DNA from: Eledone cirrhosa | Taxonomy: Eukaryota | Reading direction: 5' to 3' | Length of the DNA stretch: 64,000 bases | NCBI GenBank assembly: GCA_964016885.1 | Contig: OZ024747.1 | Location: 29,946,001-30,010,000 of the forward strand | Part shown: positions 53,401 to 64,000 of the stretch, piece by piece | Position numbering within the stretch: position 1 is the stretch's first letter | Layout: every line of letters begins with the position of its first letter | Notes under the pieces: model-generated | Databases searched by the model: none | Told to the model about the DNA's origin: nothing | Seen by the model: only the letters and a program-made list of their open reading frames with translations | Made by a program: the position numbers and the translations under genes

Positions 53401-56400
53401 AAAATTGATTATTTTAGGTTTTTCACAAATTGATCATTTTACACAGTATTTCGAAAAATTGTTTTTTTACAAAAAACATTGATTTTTTTTCTTTCGAAAT
53501 ATAGACTTTCTGATTTCGAAAATTGATATATATTTTGTATTTTTCAAACACAATGTATAAACGCATTTTTTTGAAAAAAAACATTTTTTCCAAATACTGT
53601 GTAAATTGATCAATTTGTGAAAAACCTAAAAAAATCAATTCTAGAAATCAAAAGTAAATATTTCGAAAAGTATAAAAAAATTGATTATTTTAGGTTTTTC
53701 ACAAATTGATCATTTTACACAGTATTTCGAAAAATTGTTTTTTTACAAAAAACATTGATTTTTTTCCTTTCGAAATATATACTTTCTGATTTCGAAAATT
53801 GATATATATTTTGTATTTTTCAAACACAATGTATAAACGCATTTTTTTGAAAAAAAACATTTTTTCCAAATACTCTGTAAAATGATCAATTTGTGAAAAA
53901 CCTAAAAAAATCAATTTTAGAAGTCATAAGTAAATATTTCGAAAAGTATAAAAAAATTGATTATTTTAGGTTTTTCACAAATTGATAATTTTACACAATA
54001 TTTCGAAAATTTGTTTTTTTTCAAAAAAGATTGATTTTTTTTCTATCGAAATATATACTTTCTGATTTCGAAAATTGATATACATTTTGTATTTTTCAAA
54101 TATTTTTCAACGTGTTGAAACACAGTGTGTAAACGCATTCTTTTGAAAAAAAAACATTTTTTCCAAATACTGTGAAAAAACCTAAAAAAATCAATTTTAG
54201 AAATCGGAAGTAAATATTTCGAAAAGTATAAAAAAATTGATTATTTTAGGTTTTTCACAAATTGATCATTTTAAACAGTATTTCGAAAAATTATTTTTTT
54301 TCAAAAAAGATTGATTTTTTTTCTATCGAAATATATACTTTCTGATTTCGAAATTTGATATATATTTTGTATTTTTCAAAAATTTTTCAACGTGTTGAAA
54401 CACAATGTATAAACGCATTTTTTTAAAAAAAAACATTTTTTCCAAATACTGTGTAAATTGATCAATTCGTGAAAAAACCTAAAAAAATCAATTTTAGAAA
54501 TCAGAAGTAAATATTTCGAAAAGTATAAAAAAATTGATTATTTTAGGTTCTTCACAAATTGATAATGTTACACAATATTTCGAAAATTTGTTTTTTTTCA
54601 AAAAAGATTGATTTTTTTTCTTTTGAAATATCTACTTTCTGATTTCGAAAATTGTTATATAATTTCTATTTTTAAAAAATTTTTCAACGTGTTGAAACAG
54701 TGTATAAACGCATTCTTTTGAAAAAAAAACATTTTTTCCAAATACTGTGAAAAAACCTAAAAAAATCAATTTTAGAAATTAGAAGTAAATATTTCGAAAA
54801 GTGTAAACAAATTGATTATTTTAGGTTTTTCACAAATTGATCATTTTATACAGTATTTCGAAAAATTGTTTTTTTTCAAAAAAGATTGATTTTTTTCTTT
54901 TGAAATATCTACTTTCTGATTTCGAAAATTGTTATATATTTTGTATTTTTAAAAAATTTTTCAACGTGTATGTATAAATGTATAAACGCATTTTTTCCAA
55001 ATACTGTGTAAAATGATCAATTTGTGAAAAACCTAAAAAAATCAATTTTAGAAATCAGAAGTAAATATTTCGAAAAGTATAAAAAAATTGATTATTTTAG
55101 GTTTTTCACAAATTGATCATTTTACACAGTATTTCGAAAAATTGTTTTTTTACAAAAAACATTGATTTTTTTTCTTTCGAAATATAGACTTTCTGATTTC
55201 GAAAATTGATATATATTTTGTATTTTTCAAACACAATGTATAAACGCATTTTTTTGAAAAAAAACATTTTTTCCAAATACTCTGTAAAATGATCAATTTG
55301 TGAAAAACCTAAAAAAATCAATTTTAGAAGTCAGAAGTAAATATTTCGAAAAGTATAAAAAAATTGATTATTTTAGGTTTTTGATAATTTTACACAATAT
55401 TTCGAAAATTTGTTTTTTTTCAAAAAAGATTGATTTTTGTTCTTTTGAAATATCTACTTTCTGATTTCGAAAATTGTTATATATTTTGTATTTTTAAAAA
55501 ATTTTTCAGCGTGTATGTATAAATGTATAAACGCATTTTTTCCAAATACTGTGTAAAATGATCAATTTGTGAAAAACCTAAAAAAATCAATTTTAGAAAT
55601 CAGAAGTAAATATTTCGAAAAGTATAAAAAAATTGATTATTTTAGGTTTTTCACAAATTGATCATTTTACACAGTATTTCGAAAAATTGTTTTTTTACAA
55701 AAAACATTGATTTTTTTTCTTTCGAAATATATACTTTCTGATTTCGAAAATTGATATATATTTTGTATTTTTCAAACACAATGTATAAACGCATTTTTTT
55801 GAAAAAAAACATTTTTTCCAAATACTCTGTAAAATGATCAATTTGTGAAAAACCTAAAAAAATCAATTTTAGGTCAGAAGTAAATATTTCGAAAAGTATA
55901 AAAAAATTGATTATTTTAGGTTTTTCACAAATTGATCATTTTACACAGTATTTCGAAAAATTGTTTTTTTTCAAAAAAGATTGATTTTTTTTCTTTTGAA
56001 ATATCTACTTTCTGATTTCAAAAATTCTTATATATTTTGTATTTTTAAAAAGTTTTTCAATGTGTCGTAACATAATGTATAAACGCATTTTATCCAAATA
56101 CTGTGTAAAATGATCTATTTGTGAAAAACCTAAAAAAATCAATTTTAGAAATCGGAAGTAAATATTTCGAAAAGTATAAAAAAATTGATTATTTTAGGTT
56201 TTTCACAAATTGATCATTTTAAACAGTATTTCGAAAAATTATTTTTTTTCCCAAAACATTGATTTTTTTCTTTCGGAATATATACTTTCTGATTTCGAAA
56301 ATTGATATATATTTTGTATTTTTCAAACACAATGTATAAACGCATTTTTTTGAAAAAAAACATTTTTTCCAAATACTGTGTAAATTGATCAATTTGTGAA

Positions 56401-56940
56401 AAAACCTAAAAAAATCAATTTTAGAAATCAGAAGTAAATATTTCGAAAAGTATAAAAAAATTGATTATTTTAGGTTTTTCACAAATTGATCATTTTACAC
56501 AGTATTTCGAAAAATTGTTTTTTTACAAAAAACATTGATTTTTTTTCTTTCGCAATATATACTTTCTGATTTCGAAAATTGATATATATTTTGTATTTTT
56601 CAAACACAATGTATAAACGCATTTTTTTGAAAAAAAAACATTTTTTCCAAATACTCTATAAAATGATCAATTTGTGAAAAACCTAAAAAAATCAATTTTA
56701 GAAGTCAGAAGTAAATATTTCGAAAAGTATAAAAAAAATTGATTATTTTAGGTTTTTCACAAATTGATAATTTTACACAATATTTCGAAAATTTGTTTTT
56801 TTTCAAAAAAGATTGATTTTTTTTCTATCGAAATATATACTTTCTGATTTCGAAAATTGATATACATTTTGTATTTTTCAAATATTTTTCAACGTGTTGA
56901 AAGACAGTGTATAAACGCATTCTTTTGAAAAAAAAACATT
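47415..56940. repeat. Collinear, internally shortened copy of about 17.3-30.7 kb
   Basis: ORF offsets fall stepwise (30120, 28184, 27632, 26525) while rare markers keep the same order. Confidence 0.8.
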
Positions 56941-59900
56941 TTTTCCAAAAAAATCAATTTTAGAAATTAGAAGTAAATATTTCGAAAAGTGTAAACAAAT
57001 TGATTATTTTAGGTTTTTCACAAATTGATCATTTTACACAGTATTTGGAAAAATTGTTTTTTTTCAAAAAAGATTGATTTTTTTTCTTTTGAAATATCTA
57101 CTTTCTGATTTCGAAAATTGTTATATATTTTGTATTTTTAAAAAGTTTTTCAACGTGTCGAAACATAATGTATAAACGCATTTTTTCCAAATACTGTGTG
57201 AAATGATCTATTTTTGAAAAAGCTAAAAAAATCAATTTTAGAAATCGGAAGTAAATATTTCGAAAAGTATAAAAAAATTGATTATTTTAGGTTTTTCACA
57301 AATTGATCATTTTAAACAGTATTTCGAAAAATTATTTTTTTTCCAAAAACATTGATTTTTTTCTTTCGGAATATATACTTTCTGATTTCGAAAATTGATA
57401 TATATTTTGTATTTTTCAAACACAATGTATAAACGCATTTTTTTGAAAAAAAACATTTTTTCCAAATACTGTGTAAAATGATCAATTTGTGAAAAACCTA
57501 AAAAAATCAATTTTAGAAATCAGAAGTAAATATTTCGAAAAGTATAAAAAAATTGATTATTTTAGGTTTTTCACAAATTGATCATTTTACACAGTATTTC
57601 GAAAAATTGTTTTTTTATCAAAAAAGATTGATTTTTTTTCTTTCGAAATATATAATTTCTGATTTCGAAATTTGATATATATTTTGTATTTTTAAAAAGT
57701 TTTTCAATGTGTCGAAACATAATGTATAAACGCATTTTATCCAAATACTGTGTAAAATGATCTATTTGTGAAAAAGCTAAAAAAATCAATTTTAGAAATC
57801 GGAAGTAAATATTTCGAAAAGTATAAAAAAATTGATTATTTTAGGTTTTTCACAAATTGATCATTTTAAACAGTATTTCGAAAAATTATTTTTTTTCCAA
57901 AAACATTGATTTTTTTCTTTCGAAATATATATTTTCTGATTTCGAATATTGATATACATTTTGTATTTTTCAAATATTTTTCAACGTATGTATAAACAAT
58001 GTATAAACGCATTTTTTTGAAAAAAAACATTTTTTCCAAATACTGTGTAAATTGATCAATTTGTGAAAAAACCTAAAAAAATCAATTTTAGAAATCAGAA
58101 GTAAATATTTCGAAAAGTTGATTATTTTAGGTTTTTCACAAATTGATCATTTTACACAGTATTTCGAAAAATTGTTTTTTTTCAAAAAAGATTGATTTTT
58201 TTTCTTTTGAAATTTCTACTTTCTGATTTCGAAAATTGTTATATATTTTGTATTTTTAAAAAGTTTTTCAACGTGTCGAAACATAATGTATAAACGCATA
58301 TTTTCCAAATACTGTGTAAAATGATCTATTTGTGAAAAAGCTAAAAAAATCAATTTTAGAAATCGGAAGTAAATATTTCGAAACAGTATTTCGAAAAATT
58401 ATTTTTTTTCCAAAAACATTGATTTTTTTCTTTCGGAATGTATACTTTCTGATTTCGAAAATTGATATACATTTTGTATTTTTCAAATATTTTTCAACGT
58501 GTTGAAACAGTGTATAAACGCATTCTTTTGAAAAAAAAACATTTTTTCCAAATACTGTGAAAAAATCTAAAAAAATCAATTTTAGAAATTAGAAGTAAAT
58601 ATTTCGAAAAGTGTAAACAAATTGATTATTTTAGGTTTTTCACAAATTGATCATTTTACACAGTATTTCGAAAAATTGTTTTTTTTCAAAAAAGATTGAT
58701 TTTTTTTCTTTTGAAATATCTACTTTCTGATTTCGAAAATTGTTATATATTTTGTATTTTTAAAAAGTTTTTCAACGTGTCGAAACATAATGTATAAACG
58801 CATTTTTTCCAAATACTGTGTAAAATGATCTATTTGTGAAAAAGCTAAAAAAATCAATTTTAGAAATCAGAAGTAAATATTTCGAAAAGTATAAAAAAAT
58901 TGATTATTTTAGGTTTTTCACAAATTGATCATTTTACACAGTATTTCGAAAAATTGTTTTTTTACAAAAAACATTGATTTTTTTCCTTTCGAAATATAGA
59001 CTTTCTGATTTCGAAAATTGATATATATTTTGTATTTTTCAAACACAATGTATAAACGCATTTTTTTGAAAAAAAACATTTTTTCCAAATACTCTGTAAA
59101 ATGATCAATTTGTGAAAAACCTAAAAAAATCAATTTTAGAAGTCAGAAGTAAATATTTCGAAAAGTATAAAAAAAATTGATTATTTTAGGTTTTTCACAA
59201 ATTGATAATTTTACACAATATTTCGAAAATTTGTTTTTTTTCAAAAAAGATTGATTTTTTTTCTATCGAAATATATACTTTCTGATTTCGAAAATTGATA
59301 TACATTTTGTATTTTTCAAATATTTTTCAACGTGTTGAAACACAGTGTATAAACGCATTCTTTTGAAAAAAAAACATTGTTTCCAAATACTGTGAAAAAA
59401 CCTAAAAAAATCAATTTTAGAAATTAGAAGTAAATATTTCGAAAAGTGTAAACAAATTGATTATTTTAGGTTTTTCACAAATTGATCATTTTACACAGTA
59501 TTTCGAAAAATTGTTTTTTTTCAAAAAAGATTGATTTTTTTCTTTTGAAATATCTACTTTCTGATTTCGAAAATTGTTATATATTTTGTATTTTTAAAAA
59601 ATTTTTCAACGTGTATGTATAAATGTATAAACGCATTTTTTCCAAATACTGTGTAAAATGATCAATTTGTGAAAAACCTAAAAAAATCAATTTTAGAAAT
59701 CAGAAGTAAATATTTCAAAAAGTATAAAAAAATTGATTATTTTAGGTTTTTCACAAATTGATCATTTTACACAGTATTTCGAAAAATTGTTTTTTTACAA
59801 AAAACATTGATTTTTTTTCTTTCGAAATATAGACTTTCTGATTTCGAAAATTGATATATATTTTGTATTTTTCAAACACAATGTATAAACGCATTTTTTT

Positions 59901-62750
59901 GAAAAAAAACATTTTTTCCAAATACTGTGTAAATTGATCAATTTGTGAAAAACCTAAAAAAATCAATTCTAGAAATCAAAAGTAAATATTTCGAAAAGTA
60001 TAAAAAAATTGATTATTTTAGGTTTTTCACAAATTGATCATTTTACACAGTATTTCGAAAAATTGTTTTTTTACAAAAAACATTGATTTTTTTTCTTTCG
60101 AAATATATACTTTCTGATTTCGAAAATTGATATATATTTTGTATTTTTCAAACACAATGTATAAACGCATTTTTTTGAAAAAAAACATTTTTTCCAAATA
60201 CTCTGTAAAATGATCAATTTGTGAAAAACCTAAAAAAATCAATTTTAGAAGTCATAAGTAAATATTTCGAAAAGTATAAAAAAATTGATTATTTTAGGTT
60301 TTTCACAAATTGATAATTTTACACAATATTTCGAAAATTTGTTTTTTTTCAAAAAAGATTGATTTTTTTTCTATCGAAATATATACTTTCTGATTTCGAG
60401 AATTGATATACATTTTGTATTTTTCAAATATTTTTCAACGTGTTGAAACACAGTGTGTAAACGCATTCTTTTGAAAAAAAAACATTTTTTCCAAATACTG
60501 TGAAAAAACCTAAAAAAATCAATTTTAGAAATCGGAAGTAAATATTTCGAAAAGTATAAAAAAATTGATTATTTTAGGTTTTTCACAAATTGATCATTTT
60601 AAACAGTATTTCGAAAAATTATTTTTTTTCAAAAAAGATTGATTTTTTTTCTATCGAAATATATACTTTCTGATTTCGAAATTTGATATATATTTTGTAT
60701 TTTTCAAACACAATGTATAAACGCATTTTTTTAAAAAAAATCATTTTTTCCAAATACTGTGTAAATTGATCAATTCGTGAAAAAACCTAAAAAAATCAAT
60801 TTTAGAAATCAGAAGTAAATATTTCGAAAAGTGTAAACAAATTGATTATTTTAGGTTTTTCACAAATTGATCATTTTACACAGTATTTCGAAAAATTGTT
60901 TTTTTTCAGAAAAGATTGATTTTTTTTCTTTTGAAATATCTACTTTCTGATTTCGAAAATTGTTATATAATTTCTATTTTTAAAAAATTTTTCAGCGTGT
61001 ATGTATAAATGTATAAACGCATTTTTTCCAAATACTGTGTAAAATGATCAATTTGTGAAAAACCTAAAAAAATCAATTTTAGAAGTCAGAAGTAAATATT
61101 TCGAAAAGTATAAAAAAATTGATTATTTTAGGTTCTTCACAAATTGATAATGTTACACAATATTTCGAAAATTTGTTTTTTTTCAAAAAAGATTGATTTT
61201 TTTTCTATCGAAATATATACTTTCTGATTTCTAAAATTGATATACATTTTGTATTTTTCAAATATTTTTCAACGTGTTGAAACAGTGTATAAACGCATTC
61301 TTTTGAAAAAAAAACATTTTTTCCAAATACTGTGAAAAAACCTAAAAAAATCAATTTTAGAAATTAGAAGTAAATATTTCGAAAAGTGTAAACAAATTGA
61401 TTATTTTAGGTTTTTCACAAATTGATCATTTTACACAGTATTTCGAAAAATTGTTTTTTTTCAAAAAAGATTGATTTTTTTCTTTTGAAATATCTACTTT
61501 CTGATTTCGAAAATTGTTATATATTTTGTATTTTTAAAAAATTTTTCAACGTGTATGTATAAATGTATAAACGCATTTTTTCCAAATACTGTGTAAAATG
61601 ATCAATTTGTGAAAAACCTAAAAAAATCAATTTTAGAAATCGGAAGTAAATATTTCGAAACAGTATTTCGAAAAATTATTTTTTTTCCAAAAACATTGAT
61701 TTTTTTCTTTCGGAATGTATACTTTCTGATTTCGAAAATTGATATACATTTTGTATTTTTCAAATATTTTTCAACGTGTTGAAACAGTGTATAAACGCAT
61801 TCTTTTGAAAAAAAAACATTTTTTCCAAATACTGTGAAAAAATCTAAAAAAATCAATTTTAGAAATTAGAAGTAAATATTTCGAAAAGTGTAAACAAATT
61901 GATTATTTTAGGTTTTTCACAAATTGATCATTTTACACAGTATTTCGAAAAATTGTTTTTTTTCAAAAAAGATTGATTTTTTTTCTTTTGAAATATCTAC
62001 TTTCTGATTTCGAAAATTGTTATATATTTTGTATTTTTAAAAAGTTTTTCAACGTGTCGAAACATAATGTATAAACGCATTTTTTCCAAATACTGTGTAA
62101 AATGATCTATTTGTGAAAAAGCTAAAAAAATCAATTTTAGAAATCAGAAGTAAATATTTCGAAAAGTATAAAAAAATTGATTATTTTAGGTTTTTCACAA
62201 ATTGATCATTTTACACAGTATTTCGAAAAATTGTTTTTTTACAAAAAACATTGATTTTTTTCCTTTCGAAATATAGACTTTCTGATTTCGAAAATTGATA
62301 TATATTTTGTATTTTTCAAACACAATGTATAAACGCATTTTTTTGAAAAAAAACATTTTTTCCAAATACTCTGTAAAATGATCAATTTGTGAAAAACCTA
62401 AAAAAATCAATTTTAGAAGTCAGAAGTAAATATTTCGAAAAGTATAAAAAAAATTGATTATTTTAGGTTTTTCACAAATTGATAATTTTACACAATATTT
62501 CGAAAATTTGTTTATTTTCAAAAAAGATTGATTTTTTTTCTATCGAAATATATACTTTCTGATTTCGAAAATTGATATACATTTTGTATTTTTCAAATAT
62601 TTTTCAACGTGTTGAAACACAGTGTATAAACGCATTCTTTTGAAAAAAAAACATTTTTTCCAAATACTGTGAAAAAACCTAAAAAAATCAATTTTAGAAA
62701 TTAGAAGTAAATATTTCGAAAAGTGTAAACAAATTGATTATTTTAGGTTT
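56930..62750. repeat. Copy of about 40.5-46.9 kb (offset 16429, then 15883-15884)
   Basis: ORF offsets 40878/57307, 41142/57571, 41839/58268 and 42489/58918 are 16429. Offsets 43868/59751, 44144/60027, 45718/61602 and 46311/62195 are 15883-15884. Confidence 0.85.
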
Positions 62751-63765
62751 TTCACAAATTGATCATTTTACACAGTATTTCGAAAAATTGTTTTTTTTCA
62801 AAAAAGATTGATTTTTTTCTTTTGAAATATCTACTTTCTGATTTCGAAAATTGTTATATATTTTGTATTTTTAAAAAATTTTTCAACGTGTATGTATAAA
62901 TGTATAAACGCATTTTTTCCAAATACTGTGTAAAATGATCAATTTGTGAAAAACCTAAAAAAATCAATTTTAGAAATCAGAAGTAAATATTTCGAAAAGT
63001 ATAAAAAAATTGATTATTTTAGGTTTTTCACAAATTGATCATTTTACACAGTATTTCGAAAAATTGTTTTTTTACAAAAAACATTGATTTTTTTCCTTTC
63101 GAAATATAGACTTTCTGATTTCGAAAATTGATATATATTTTGTATTTTTCAAACACAATGTATAAACGCATTTTTTTGAAAAAAAACATTTTTTCCAAAT
63201 ACTCTGTAAAATGATCAATTTGTGAAAAACCTAAAAAAATCAATTTTAGAAGTCAGAAGTAAATATTTCGAAAAGTATAAAAAAAATTGATTATTTTAGG
63301 TTTTTCACAAATTGATAATTTTACACAATATTTCGAAAATTTGTTTTTTTTCAAAAAAGATTGATTTTTTTTCTATCGAAATATATACTTTCTGATTTCG
63401 AAAATTGATATACATTTTGTATTTTTCAAATATTTTTCAACGTGTTGAAACACAGTGTATAAACGCATTCTTTTGAAAAAAAAACATTTTTTCCAAATAC
63501 TGTGAAAAAACCTAAAAAAATCAATTTTAGAAATTAGAAGTAAATATTTCGAAAAGTGTAAACAAATTGATTATTTTAGGTTTTTCACAAATTGATCATT
63601 TTACACAGTATTTCGAAAAATTGTTTTTTTTCAAAAAAGATTGATTTTTTTCTTTTGAAATATCTACTTTCTGATTTCGAAAATTGTTATATATTTTGTA
63701 TTTTTAAAAAATTTTTCAACGTGTATGTATAAATGTATAAACGCATTTTTTCCAAATACTGTGTA
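62120..63765. repeat. Tandem copies of the 833-bp trimer building block
   Basis: ORFs 62195 and 63028 are identical and 833 apart. The same 833 spacing occurs at 1991/2824, 20269/21102, 30232/31065, 32721/33554, 39221/40054, 50389/51222 and 58918/59751. Confidence 0.88.
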
Positions 63766-64000
63766 AATTGATCAATTCGTGAAAAAACCTAAAAAAATCA
63801 ATTTTAGAAATCAGAAGTAAATATTTCGAAAAGTGTAAACAAATTGATTATTTTAGGTTTTTCACAAATTGATCATTTTACACAGTATTTCGAAAAATTG
63901 TTTTTTTACAAAAAACATTGATTTTTTTTCTTTCGAAATATATACTTTCTGATTTCGAAAATTGATATATATTTTGTATTTTTCAAACACAATGTATAAA

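Larger units (their letters stand above)
1..64000. repeat. AT-rich tandem satellite array, ~277-bp monomer, ~230 head-to-tail copies, running off both window ends
   Basis: The motifs ccaaatactgtgtaaaatgatcaatttgtgaaaaacctaaaaaaatcaattttagaaatcagaagtaaatatttcgaaaag and tgtataaacgca recur in the same orientation throughout. Adjacent homologous ORFs are 276 bp apart (25238/25514, 43868/44144, 53423/53699, 59751/60027). Anchor 'ccaaatac' at 11646, 11923, 12201, 12496, 12775 and 13050 gives units of 277, 278, 295, 279 and 275 bp. Confidence 0.99.

Noticed and set aside
1991-63243. About 70 short ORFs (63-107 aa, MIFLGFSQIDHFT... and relatives) as a multicopy gene family
   Set aside because: They are translations of the satellite. 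Most start at TTG within 'aatcaa' on the reverse strand, the K/F/I/N composition reflects A/T homopolymers, frames break freely with 1-bp homopolymer changes, similar peptides appear on both strands because of the inverted repeat, and no domain is recognisable.
1-64000. CRISPR-like or cassette array (conserved palindromic repeat plus variable segment)
   Set aside because: The variable segments are a handful of mutually homologous alleles reused many times, not unique spacers. The unit is ~277 bp, and there are no cas, integrase or reverse transcriptase genes in the window.
1-64000. Assigning the array to a named satellite family, a species, a centromere or a viral origin/telomere repeat
   Set aside because: I do not recognise the monomer, and there is no flanking unique sequence. 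A database search and CENH3 or cytological data would be needed.

Overview
The whole 64-kb window is one uninterrupted, head-to-tail, very AT-rich satellite array (about 20% GC by hand count of a 240-nt sample) of about 230 monomers of about 277 bp. Most monomers measured are 275-280 bp, with 295-bp and shorter deletion variants. I found no credible protein-coding gene, RNA gene, CRISPR array, transposon insertion or unique sequence. The many short K/F/I-rich ORFs are by-products of the repeat. The interest lies in the architecture. Each monomer is a foldback unit with arms of up to 75 bp (3 mismatches) around a 36-nt loop, and that loop has its own inverted copy further downstream, giving an interleaved A-B-A'-B' layout. 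A small set of monomer types, defined by different ~18-bp deletions that all give ~277 bp, is assembled into nested higher-order repeats (833, 1404, ~2490, 3038/3334, 3268, ~4750 bp) and dispersed duplications offset by 16-30 kb. It looks like eukaryotic heterochromatic or centromere-type satellite DNA, possibly derived from a foldback/MITE-like element, but organism and function cannot be determined from the sequence. All counts and boundaries were made by eye or from ORF-track offsets and are approximate.
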